Shown piece after piece: positions 13,594 to 26,165 of a stretch of DNA of 64,000 nt. The notes beneath the pieces are model-generated. The model was not told the DNA's origin. It saw nothing but the letters and a program-made list of their open reading frames with translations, and ran no database searches. The position numbers and the translations under genes were made by a program. This stretch comes from Azolla caroliniana (Eukaryota > Plantae > Polypodiophyta), in contig JBHGNT010000139.1 in assembly GCA_043228905.1 (NCBI GenBank), positions 4,429-68,428 on the forward strand, read 5' to 3'. The first letter of the stretch is position 1, and every line of letters starts with the position of its first letter.

Positions 13594-15907
13594 TACTTTT
13601 TGTGAGGAAATGTGCATCTATGACTCCATGAGAGAGGAGAAAATGGAAAAGGAAAATCAAATGATGCCACAAAATATGGTGATAAATCGTTGGATTTAAT
13701 CCACATGCATGGAAACATTTGGATCATCACTTTTCTTGAAAGTAGTGCATTCCATCACAATCCCGATGATTTTCTATTTCTTACCATTATTGTCTAGGAC
13801 AACAAATGCTTCAGATATGCCAGTGTGCATACCCACTGAATGCATTCTTTGGGAAAAAGACGTCGGGTTGCATATTGTTTAATGAGTGGGTGGGCCAGCA
13901 TTGTACATCTCATTCTCTTTGCTTCAAGTTGCATGAGGGTAAGCAAAGCATAAATCAAAACAAATTTCATTTAGAAATTGTCAACAAAGGTTTGCAGCCT
14001 CTTCATACAATGACTCCATAACATTTTGTGCGTTGATAATTGTAGTAGGCCACATTACAAAGCACAATTGAAGGGTTTATAAACCTATGCATTTGTTTAG
14101 CTATTTGCATTTAATTAACAATGTGTGGAGGCGCCCCTTTGTATGCAAGTATTTGATCAGTGTATAATTGATTTTGGTGTGAACCCTAGGCGTGGCATTG
14201 AGCCTAGCATAAGGAGAAAGGAGGCTCATGACAATATCTATTGTGTATTGGTTGAACAAAGAGGAGCATGCCATAAATTATATCGATCAACGGAATGCTC
14301 AATGTTGCTTGGAGTAGCACTAATCATCATTCATTGTGTAGGTGACCTACACGAAGGCATTCCCATCCATAGAACTCTACATGATTGAACTTGTGAGTTC
14401 TAATGTGATCAGCATTACACAACATAAATAAATCGTGGTGACCCCACACGATTGAACTCAATGAGTTGTACCATAGGGGTTTCCAATGAAAGAACTCTTT
14501 AGGTAAACCTGTGTCTGGACAAGTCCACGATAGTTCACACCCGAATGTGTGTACAAGTACACATGATGGAGTAAGTTGGGCTCATGTTAGTTGGGCATTT
14601 GTCGAGATCAAGTATCGCCCAACCAAAGGACATTGGATTCTCAAAATCCAGATATGTTGGTCTAAATCCCACTGCTTGACAAATGTAAGGGTTAACCCAA
14701 ATTCTCGTTTTGCAGAAGCTTGAATACTTTTGCCAGTTGTGGCAAGTCTACAATCGATAGGACGTCTTTGTTGTCATAGACCTACATGCCCTTCAAACCC
14801 CATAGTTCAATTTCTTGTCAGAGCCAAGCATTCAAACCCCCAAAACAATGATTATCGCCAAAACTTGGGCATTTGATTCCCAAAACATGTGAACCCAACA
14901 ATGAGATCACTTGCCCATTGTATAGCTTTTTGGATCTCTCTAGCGAAATAAAAGTAGTGTTCTCTCTTTTAAAATGCAACATCACTCTCCTATTGAACAC
15001 ACACTTCATCTTATCCTTACATGGGTGCTTGATTTTGTCATGTACATTGACATCTTTGTATTTACTACATCCTTCATTGTCTTCATTTATGCATTGTAAT
15101 CCTACTCCATTATCTTTAATAGGTATTAAAACCTTGACCCAATTGTTCAAATGCTTAAATCTTGCCATTTAAACTATGTTTTAATGTTTTCATGACCGTC
15201 AAGTTTCATATTTTCATTCTATTATCACTTAAACCTGAATCTTGACGTAATATAAAACTCAACTTTCTAGCTCTTTTCCCCCATTCACTCATGCCACATC
15301 ACGATAATGTGTGGTGAAATTGTACAGTAACACCTATTGGAAAAAGTAGTTTTTGAGCTTCTAAAAATGAATGCCCACATCATGGATATATGCTTAAAAT
15401 TGATGTAGACACACATCCATTGATAAAACTATGTGCACTATGTTCCAACGCTACAATAAATAAATAAATAAAAACATCCCACTAACACTATTTCTCTTTC
15501 TTAATATGAGGACAGTGGCTAGTCCCCCCAACAAAATGAAATCTATTTAATACACCTCCCACTCAACACATCCACCACGTCAGGGTATCCAAAGTTGCAA
15601 CAAATAATCCCACGTGGAATAGATTTGATAGTTATCGCAATTGAGTTTTGATGGCCACGTTATCCTTTGGAGGGGTTCTCTTTATGTCAACTAGTCTTAC
15701 ATCAAAGAGGGTTTGTCTTTGAACAAAGTCGTACTCTAGTAGGGTGAAGAAAGGACGTTTGTATTCTGTTTTTTAATACATAAATGTAGTTTGTGTGTGT
15801 GTGTGAGAGATAGATAGATAGATAGATTATATTATCGTCTTCGGAGGTCAAATATGACCTATGAGACCAAAAATATTACATTTCACGTGATACGCGTGAA
15901 AGTGAGT

Positions 15908-15958
<51 letters not shown>

Positions 15959-16611
15959 ATGGGACCATTTCTCTATTGTGTAGGGGTTATGCTATCTTCT
16001 TTGTATCGTTCCAAATTTATAAGTGTCTGTCTAGTAGCTAGTCAATTTGTGGTGCACCCCAAAGGTGTCCAACATATTCTTCATTGAGTTCACCCGGCCT
16101 AGTTCAAAAAGTCATTGCCGAGAGTATAAACGTCGGTAGCAAACCGAACCAACATTCGTTTGGGGGTGGTGACCAATATCGGGGGAGGATAGAAAGGTGG
16201 GTCATGGAAGTTGAAGAGAGAATCCCACGGGACAGGTATGGCGATCTGGGTAACGGGCCTGGGCATGATTTGGGGGGGGGGGGGGGGGTAATGGGCAAAT
16301 GCTGGGACACAAATCTTGGGCTTGGATGGACGAAGACGAAGACGAAGACGATCATGATTCATCATGATGGGTTTTGAAGGGGGGGTCCTTTCTATAGGCA
16401 TGGGGGGGTCGGGGGGCGTTAAAGAACGGTAGGCTGGACGAATTGCCGGCCGCTTTGGAAGAGTCGAGACAACAGGCGGGCGGGCAGACCGGAGCGGACG
16501 GAAGCTTGGCCTTGTGTGGAGTGTAAAGTTCGGGGCCGGCCGGTTAACTGAAGGCTGAGATGCCCGGCCGGACATACGGACGGGGGCCTCTCCTCTCGGG
16601 AATTTGAGTTT

Positions 16612-16711
16612 GTTCTTATTGTCACAATGGCCGCCCGGCCATTTCAGCCGCCATATAGCCTTCAGTTCTTATTGTCATAATGGCCGCCCGGCCATTTCAG
16701 CCGCCATAGCC
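16612..16711. repeat. Two direct copies of a ~50-bp GC-rich unit
   Basis: GTTCTTATTGTCA(C/T)AATGGCCGCCCGGCCATTTCAGCCGCCATA occurs at 16612 and 16665. Confidence 0.85.
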
Positions 16712-16744
16712 AGCCGCCATAGCCAGCCCATGGGAGTACCAGAC

Positions 16745-17128
16745 AGTATATCGCTGCTGCTCCATTCCTTCCATTCCTGTGAACGATCGATCGATCCGTG
16801 GAATCAGAGAACAGAAAGAGACAGAGAGAGACCACAGATATGGCGCTTCCAGGACGCATGGCCATGGTGTACAGTACAGTACAGTATATCGCTGCTGCTC
16901 CATTTCTTCCATTCCTGTGAACGATCGATCGATCCGTGGAATCAGAGAAAAGAAAGAGACAGAGACAGAGATTCACAAACACACAGGTATGGCGCTTCCA
17001 GGATGCATGGCCATGGTGTAGAGTAGAGTAGAGTATATCGCTGCTGCTCCATTCCTTCCATTCCTGTGAACGATCGATCGATCTGTGGAATCAGAGAAAA
17101 GAAAGAGACAGAGACAGACAGACAGACA

Positions 17129-17168
<40 letters not shown>

Positions 17169-17308
17169 TATGGCGCTTCCAGGACGCATGGCCATGGTGT
17201 AGAGTAGAGTAGAGTATATTGCTGCTGCTCCATTCCTTCCATTCCTGTGAACGATCGGTGGAATCAGAGAAAAGAGAGAGAGATGGCGCTTCGAGGACGC
17301 ATCGCCAG
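16745..17308 (+). repeat. Tandem array (3 full units plus a 4th running into the CDS, ~115-185 bp each) of the ACAD8 5'-leader and start-codon region
   Basis: Unit AGTATATCGCTGCTGCTCCATTCCTTCCATTCCTGTGAACGATCGATCGATCCGTGGAATCAGAGAA...ATGGCGCTTCCAGGACGCATGGCCATGG is repeated. ATGs fall at 16840, 16989 and 17170, and the real start is at 17283 (ATGGCGCTTCGAGGACGCATCGCCAG). Confidence 0.92.
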
Positions 17309-20300
17309 GCTTCTTTCCTCTTCTTGGATTTCTAAGAATAGAAGTCTGTGCTTCTCTTCTTCTTCTTCTTCTTCTGCTCCGACTTATGAGTGGGATGCTC
17401 ATCGTCTCTCCCCCGACCAACTCCACTTCCGCAACCTCGCATCTGTAAGAATTTCCATCATCGCTCCATCTCTGCTTTCCTTCCCCCATCTCCGTCTTCT
17501 CTTTGTAATACGTAAATTGCTCTTCGGATCATCCATTCTGTACTGATCTCTGTATAAAGATTATGAACTCCATCACTTCGCTGCTTTGTTTTTGTATCAA
17601 TCTCTGATAGTACATTAGTCCCTAATTTATATGTTCCTTTTGATCCACACATGAATACGTCATTTTACAATGCTTAAAAATGATTTCCATGAATTCTTAC
17701 TTGTTCTTTTAGGCATCGTTTCCTTCCCGTCCGGATCTTTCCCTTTCAGCCCGCTTTTTTCTGGTTTTATCCCCTCGGACTTCATCCAATCCTCTTTTTG
17801 ATTAAACCTCATGAAATATTTGATGAGTATAACGTCTTTACAGAAGCTATACGAAGTCACTAGCTTCGTTTCCTATTTATTTTTGTTTCAGTTCTTCGCT
17901 TTCTGTGTTTTTAAATAGTCTTCCATTCAATGATGTTCCTTTTCCATATGTAGTGCCTCAGTTACTCTTGACAATCCTCATGAAAAGATATCTTCCATCA
18001 GTTCTATGTTTTTTTTTTGTATGTATCTCTTAGGTCCTCTTGATCAATTCTTATGAAAAAAATTCTATGCTGCTGTTTAGAGATGTTTTCCTTGTTTTCT
18101 GTATCAATCCTCCATAGCTCATTAGTTTAAACCTCGCGGTTCTTCTTGGTCAATCATTGTGGAAGGGTTTGTATCATGCTTCATTACTTCTCATGTCATT
18201 CAATCCCATAATGTTTAAGCACAAATCATGCGTGAACCATTCAAGATTTCCCATCATGAATTATGTATAAATCCTCGTTAGGGTCATTCTTTCTGTGATG
18301 CTTAAGGTTGTTTCTTTCCGTATTTATTAGTTCCGTATACTCGTGATCAATAATCAATTAAAATCATTTTTACAACTCAGGATTTTGCTCGACAAGAGCT
18401 TCAACCATTTGCAGCTGAATGGGATAGGAAAGAGCATTTCCCTGTCCAGACTATTCGAAAGGCCGCAGATCTAGGGTTTGGTGGCATTTTCTGCTCTCCA
18501 GAATTCGGTGGCTCTAAGTAAGTACGATTCTTTCTATACAATAATTGCTATAGATAGATCTATGGTCTCAATGAGAAAGCCATCTCAGTCTAGCAGCCAA
18601 GATTCTGAGGACTCAGAGAATACATTTGGTCAACCACACATATTACTAAAATGAGTTTATTTACAGGGTAAATAATTCAGGAATTTCTTTTGAAGAAAAT
18701 ATGGAAATTTTTATATATTTATGACACCCAGAGTGGACATATTGCATTTAAAATATGTAAACTTCCCTTCCTTTATTCTTTTTACTCAACGGTTCAATGA
18801 ATTGCAGGCAATGTTCTTATTGTGTCTGGTAGTGCTGGGAGAATTTTGGAATCAAAGTGACAATGTTTTTCTTGTAGAGTCTCGCCTAAAAATAGCTTCT
18901 CAAAATTTGGAAATTGAACAGAAGCAAGAAGCTTACCTGATTGAGCCTAGTAGGTTTAGGCATTCGATGAGAAGAAATGTCCGCACCTACCAGAGGCAGC
19001 AGCATCGGTCAACTTAGATGAGTATTCCTTATCTGTTGATGATTTCTCATAGAGATCCTTTGCCTCTTCTACAACAAAAGCATATGGCAGTTTATATGAA
19101 GACTTTTATCGGCTGCTCATAAGAATGCTTGATATGTGTTGCATAATGTACAGGTGAAAACGAGGAGAGCTTACTATCTGTAATGCCAAATATCTTAGTT
19201 GCATCATGTATAGCCTGTAATGCCAAATACCATATTTCTCAAGTAGAGGTCATTACTTCTAAATTGAAGATGCCAAATACCATATTTCTCATGGAGGTCC
19301 TTCACCTCTTCTACAACAAAAGGGCATGGCACTCTAGATGACAGTGTGTGTGTTTATCAGCTGTTCATAAGATTTCTTGACATATATACAGATATATGCG
19401 TCGCAATATGTATGGTACAAAATGAGAACTTACCGTCTATAATACCAAGTATCTTAGCTACGTCATGTATAACCTGTAATGCCAAATACCTTAATTGTTT
19501 CTCATGTAGAAGTCGTTTCTGGTAAATTAAAGATGTGGAAAATCATTAGCTTCCCTGTAGTAATTTATAGCATGTGTTTGTAGCATTCGTAGTTTTAGTG
19601 TCTTGAGGGGGTAATTATTTTCTGTGTAAGTGGACTTCTGGCATGATATATATGCGTAAGAGGTGTTATGGCTATACGATGGTGAATTTCTATAAATATG
19701 CTATAACTGAGCCATGGCTCTTGTTATTTAGTCATAGAGGAGTACATTTATAAATCCTGATGGGTATACCTGCTGGTAATACAGATTGAGTAGAGCTGAT
19801 GGAGCTGTAATATTCGAATCTCTGGCATATGGTGATGTTAGTACAACTGCATATCTGACGATACACAACATGTGCTGTTCCCTGATTGATAGGTAAGGAA
19901 ATGGACACTTCACAGTATCAAGTAGATCTTTAATGTGGTGGATACATTTTTATGCATAAACACTATTTGTAGATTTGGGACAGATGAACAGCGATCCCAG
20001 TGGTTGCCAAGGCTCACATCTATGGTAATATTCTTTTAGTGGTCTTGTTTTTTAATCAATTTCATATTTGAGGTTATTGGTACTCATATTCACATATCCT
20101 TATCATTGAGTATTGATTGTAGGAATTATTTTCTTCTTTCTGCCTGACTGAACCTGGAAGTGGAAGTGATGCAGCTTCTTTGCAGGTAAAAAAACAAAAC
20201 CGTATTTCAATTTTTTGGTATGATCCTTCTTTGAAAGCGTAAACTGGTCTTATTTCAGACAACAGCACAAAAGAAACAGGGAGGCACAGATTACTTACTC

Positions 20301-22530
20301 AATGGGAGTAAGGTAAGTCCATAAAGCTTTTATTCTCGAATTTAAACATTTGTCGTGTGTATAGATGAGCAAAGATTAAACAGCTTAAGTGAGTGCTTGA
20401 CTTGAAGGCTCCAAAGCTTTTTCTGATGCTTATGCATTTTTTATTCTTCATCTCTGTATGGTTTTGTGACTGTTGAATTGAAAAAACATTATTCATGAAA
20501 AGTTAATTCATTGTTTACAGTTGTGACTCTTTCTATTCTGACATATTCAAATTATCAGGAAGAAAATGCTGTTGTCTTTTCTAATGGAAACCTTAGTTAA
20601 CTGAAGTAACTCATTTAAAGTTGCTTTATACACAAGATTCTAATAATATTTACATAAATAATGCTAATTTAATTATCTAAAGTATAAGGGCCAAGCATAT
20701 CCCTTAATCTTATGGTAAAAATTCTCGTAAAATAAAAATTAAAAGAAACAACTCTGATATGTGTGGAATGGCTCATTATTTCTTGTGAGAGTTCGAAGTT
20801 TTGAGGGGTAACACTTTAGGAACATGTATAAGTTATCTTGTTGAGAAGACTGGTGGATGTGAGTGATCAATATGAGCATTTTCATTGTTAGATACAAATT
20901 GGAGATCGTTTTCTGTCTTGTGTTTTTCTTTTTGATAAACATCGTTGTATATATATTCTGCTTATCTGTTGGTTCAACATAGCTCAAAAGTGAGGACTTC
21001 TAGAATGTATATATTCAGTTGTGCTTTCTTTTTAGCATTTGTTCAGTGTTTTTGTCTTTGACCTATAATGGATGCAGTGCCAATAGGTCATTGTTTTCCT
21101 GTGACATGAAGCTATCACACCGATTATACATTTTTTTAATTTTTAAATCTCCAGGCATTTATCAGCGGAGGTGGCGTTAGTGATGTATACTTGGTTATGG
21201 CACGAACTAGTGATGGTGGACCTAAGGGCATAACATGCTTTCTACTTGAAAAAGTAAAATTCACCTGCAAAGAAACCTAACTGCATTTATGACCCATTAT
21301 ATAAAAGAAATGTCTCATTATTGAGCTCAGGGTATGGAGGGCTTATCCTTTGGTCGTCCAGAACATAAGCTTGGTTGGCGCTCACAACCAACAACCTCGG
21401 TGAGTTTGTCAACTCAAGTCTTAAACACAATGCATGCAGACACACACATATTTGTCTCTATATGTAGAAACATTGTTCCCGAACTATTTATCTGCAGGTC
21501 TCAATTATTGTGCCATATATAGAAATCATTTTTCCTGAAGAGTTTATGTGCAGGTTACATTGGATGATGTGAAAGTCCCTGGTACCCACATTATTGGGGA
21601 AGAGAACCAAGGATTCAAGATTGCCCTTTCTGGATTAGATGGTGGCCGAATAAATATTGGGGCATGCAGGTTATACTCTTTTCTCTGGTGTAATGAGAAA
21701 TAAGAGTTAAATAATGTTGTCTATTATCATGCTGAAACTTCTCTCAATCAAATCTTCAGTATTGGAGGTGCCCAATTTTGCCTTGATGCTGCGGTAGGAT
21801 ATGTGAAAGGGCGGAAGCAAGTAAGGAGAATGTGGATACAATATAGTGAAAACATGATGCATCCCTAAAGAATTTCTGACGGTTTTCACAGTTTGGCAAA
21901 GCAATTGCAGAATTTCAAAATACTCAATTTAAGCTCTCTGATATGGCGATGAGGGTTCAAGCATCCAGGTTGATGGTAGCACATGCTGCATCTGCATTTG
22001 ATGCTAATGCATCTGGATTCACAGCTTCTGCTGCGATGGCAAAGTGGTAACGAAATAGGATATATAAAGGCTCACTTGTTTTGAGAAAGTTTCAATGGTT
22101 AAATGTATCTTTCGAGGAATGTTACCTATGTCTAGTGTGTTCTTCACTTACGTCTTTTGTGGAAGTATTACACAGGTTGGCTGGTAACATTTCTAGTTTA
22201 CTTTCATCTTTTGAGGTAGTAACACAGGTCTAATTTTTGTACTTAAATGACATTAATGAAGGTATGCCACGCAGACATGTTACAATGTGTGCAATGATGC
22301 ACTCCAATTGTATGGGGGATATGGTTACCTCAACGATTATCCAGTATGTGGTGATGACATCATTTTTACAGTTAGTGATGACAAATCATTATTTGTTTAG
22401 CTTGTCTCATTATATCAGCGTTTCATGTCTGCAGATCGAAAGGTATGTGCGAGATTTGCGTGTGCATACGATTCTTGAAGGTACCAATGAAATCATGCAG
22501 CTGATAGTTGCGAAGGAAATGTTGAAATAG
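17283..22530 (+). CDS. ACAD8: Isobutyryl-CoA dehydrogenase (ACAD8/IBD-type acyl-CoA dehydrogenase), mitochondrial; 13 exons: 17283-17444, 18381-18517, 19785-19892, 19973-20024, 20123-20185, 20259-20312, 21155-21253, 21331-21399, 21554-21669, 21760-21820, 21892-22046, 22262-22343, 22435-22530
   Basis: Spliced protein has an Arg/Ser-rich presequence-like N-terminus, then [82 protein letters not shown] and [16 protein letters not shown]. These are collinear with ACAD8 motifs. Confidence 0.9.
19060..19540. repeat. Diverged ~240-bp tandem duplication in ACAD8 intron 2
   Basis: CCTCTTCTACAACAAAAG...CATAAGA...CTGTAATGCCAAATACC...AAATT(G/A)AAGATG is present twice (~19063 and ~19305). Confidence 0.7.
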
Positions 22531-22656
22531 GGCAAACTAATACCAGTAAATGTGGATACACTGAACTAGTTAGTGTAGCTGATGTTGTATCTTTTGTTGC
22601 TACCCAATAAATATTACATATAATTATGTGTAATATCCAAATTATATATATAAATG

Positions 22657-22707
<51 letters not shown>

Positions 22708-23357
22708 TATATTTGCACATATCGATTAGTTAAGCGTTGATCCAGAAGAAGAATGTCTTTCCAGTGTATATCGTTTGTATTGATCACTGATTAGCTATTA
22801 AACTGTTGATCCATAAGAGGAATGCTCATGGTAACAATTGCATAAGAAGAGCATTTGGCAAATATCAGAATGTCTTCTAAATAATAGAAGTGCATTGGAT
22901 GGAAACTAGAGGAACATGTATTGTGTTTTCCTAAAACCTGTGTGGATCCACCAATGCTCCAGTAATATAAATGAATGGTATCATCTGCATTCCATTGTGC
23001 AAGTGGGTCTGAGCAACATTAAGACAGAACTGTGGACTGCTTTGATTGAAGGGAAGAAACCAAAGAATCCAGGAGAGGCTACTGTCTTTTGAGCTTTCTA
23101 ACCATTAATAAAACTAAACCATGTTAGCTTCTGTATCATACTTTGATTATATTTTGCATTTATCTTTTCATCCATGCGATCATGCAGTTTTGGCTATGTG
23201 AGATGCAGCTCTTACTAATTAAACAATTTGCAGAGCCATGGAGATTAGGCAAGACAAGGTTCAATACGTGATTCTCACTCTCCAATGTAGAGGCATTCCA
23301 ATACTCTTTCAAAAGAGAAGATCAACTCTAAAATAAGGTAACCAAAGGTATTATTAT

Positions 23358-25127
23358 ACCTTGGCTATCACTAGATGGATCCATGGAAATCATAACCTTT
23401 GTGTGTAATATATGTGACTTGGAGATGGATATCACGCTGTCTGCCTAATTATGGTTTTAGACCTATTTCGCAACAGCATATGAGTTTTCTTGATGTATGT
23501 CTCCTATCAAAGAAGGAATATTCATACTTTGAAGTTTCAAAGCACAATGTCTCTTTGTGGATATGGCCAACACAACCTTCTAGGTGGTGCCTTACGTATG
23601 TAACACTCTTTAAGCTATCATCCCTGCTTAATGTCATCAGAGCATTGCACTATATGTTGAGATGTAAAAAGTGATGTTCATCCTGTATTAAGCCTTCATC
23701 CCATAGATTTACATTTGACACATCTTGATGCCATGATGAAACTTGAATACCGAACTTGTGTGACGGAGGTCAAAGGAGAGACATCTCAGTGAGAGTTAGT
23801 ACATGCCCTCTATATTTGTCACATTTTGACGTCGTAATATATCGTCTTCAGAGATTCAATACCAATCTAACCGAGAAAGGAGTATTTTCATCCACATATG
23901 GCAAGGATCAAAGGTCACCAAAGGAGAAGATATACCAGGAAGGGTCTGGACAAAGGGTGAGGGGAGTACAAGGTAACGGGGTTTTGGACAAATACAAAAT
24001 CAAGAGTGGCAGTGGAAAGGTAAGAAAAGCAAATGTTTATAGGAATTGCTTGCTCCCTAATACACATTATATTAAATGCAACTCATTAATGATCTTGGGA
24101 TTACCATTGTTTAGGTCAAATTCTCCATGCAAAAACAATGCACAAATATGTACGCCCCCTTCTTGGACATTTGAGAATATCATTTAGATTATCACACAAA
24201 CAAGTCATCATGCTTCTAGCATATTACCTCGTATTTCAAGTATGTGAGAAATTATATTCATCCTCCACTAAGTTTTCATTACATACCTTACATATCATCA
24301 TACTTTAGTGATGATGCCATGATGTATCTCAACACTTCCTGTAATGAGTTTGATACAGTTGGATAAATTCTTGCCAATTTTGACACTTTAGCATCTTGCC
24401 AATTCATCCTTAGTGCCTCAAGTGACCTATCCACAATGATCACATAAACAATAGCATCGCCAAAGAGCTCCAATAGATCTTCGTCTTCTATAAACCATTT
24501 CATAATGTCAAGCACCTTGCCATGTCAAGATTTTGCACTTACTAGTTTTTTGTTGCATCCTATGCTCCAATCTTTAATTGGGCACAAGCACTCATCAGTA
24601 GGGAAAATGGCACAATGGATGTAGGTACAAAGAGTCCAAATTCTCCATCCATAGCATAACAAAACAAGAATACAGTTGAAGATGTCATGTGTAGATTAAA
24701 ACCCAGGGGACTTATACCCTATAATTAGAATGGTGGATAGACCTGATTCAGCCAATAAACCATACCGAGCTAGAATATAGTCTGCTTGCAACAATACTGT
24801 AAGCAAAATGCCCAAAACTATGCAATCCAAGTGCTCATACAAGAAGATGATGACCTGCTATGGATGTCTGTTAGATCAAATCGAACAAGAGAAAAAAAAT
24901 CATCAATAAATGGTAAAATAGCACCACATGAACATCACTTACATCTATGTGATTACAAAAGAGAGCATTACCTACATTCAACCACTGCAAATAATGATGG
25001 CTTATGATTCAGAGCACATGTTCATAGGTGAATTAGAGATGTTTTTGAATTGACAACCACGATTCCTAGCAGCTCAAATTTCCCTTTATAGATTCGATGA
25101 CTAGCTCTACTGCCTCATCATTTTCAT
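23358..25127 (-). pseudogene. Unidentified multi-exon gene remnant with in-frame stops (ends approximate)
   Basis: Minus-strand AG..GT-bounded blocks join in phase: ENDEAVELVIESIKGNLSC*ESWLSIQKHL*...QWLNV / DYILARYGLLAES / GYKSPGF*STHDIFNCILVLLCYGWRIWTLCTY... / VLDIMKWFIEDEDLLELFGDAI...KYDDM*. A further block at ~23360-23755 reads TLSRDDSLKSVTYVRHHLEG. Family not recognised. Confidence 0.5.
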
Positions 25128-26165
25128 CTATAAAATATGGACTTAAAATAAACTAAGCATTTCTGACACGCTCCAGTTCAACTCTCAGAATTCATAAGCT
25201 TACCAAACCAAGAAACAGATGATCCATCCTGAACGTTAAGAACAGCACAGGTTACACAGAGCCAACAAATCAAGACCCATTCAGTAACTGTAGCTCTCCA
25301 CGCAATCATGTTATCGTAGAAGATCATTGACCTGAATGGTTCCGAAATAACACTTCAATTGATCAGGCATATGTTCTAAACAATCAACTTATCGAGATTA
25401 CATCAGAACAAATGGGAGAGATACAACCAATGAATGAATGAATGCTTAAATACCACAGTACTACATGACATTTGACGTAAACATGAAAATAACACAATAC
25501 TACATGACATCTGACATGACCACATTTTTTAATGCTCATATAAACACTTCAATAATCAACAACCTCAAAACCTTTAAGTATATATTCAAATCTAATCAAC
25601 AGCAAGAAGAAGAGATAGACGGAAAAATGTTATTGGCATCTTTACACCACACTATACAATCCAACATTACTCAAAAAAACGATCAATAAGCTTATATTGT
25701 TGTCTGTAGACACGGGAAATAAAGAACCAACATCTCCATAATCCCGAAAAATGTGGCTTACGCTTCACATAATCAATGCACACAACTTCCAACAAAAATT
25801 ATTCAAAAAGAAGCCCATATACCATCAATATCCAACAAAAGATACTATATTTGTTCAATCTCTAAATAAACGAGTTGAACAAAGTCTCTGTACATATATC
25901 CAAAAAGTGACAACATGCCTCTAGGAAACAGTTTTTAACCTGTAGCCGCTCATAACGTCTCCCAAAAATAACGTTCGTCTATTAAATTCAAACTACTACA
26001 CAATCGCTTATATCATTTCAAAAGGAAACTGTAGGAAGACAAACCTTGTTCTCATTCATTGAAACCTTACAGACCTTGGCATGATAGTGTAAAACAGAAC
26101 TGTCATTCCCATAACAACCAAGCAAGGCAGCGACCTTTCCGATGCCAAGAGAAGCAAAACCAAAA

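Noticed and set aside
15800-15955. ORFs with ERERER/SLSLSL/CVCVCV runs, here and elsewhere in the window
   Set aside because: These are translations of (GA)n, (CT)n, (CA)n and (TA)n microsatellites.
16099-16575. 158-aa proline-rich ORF on the minus strand
   Set aside because: It arises from G/C homopolymer tracts and high GC content, and shows no recognisable domain.
16745-17290. CRISPR-like appearance of repeated units with variable intervening sequence
   Set aside because: Eukaryotic spliced-gene context, long units, variable parts are microsatellites rather than unique spacers, and no cas genes are present.
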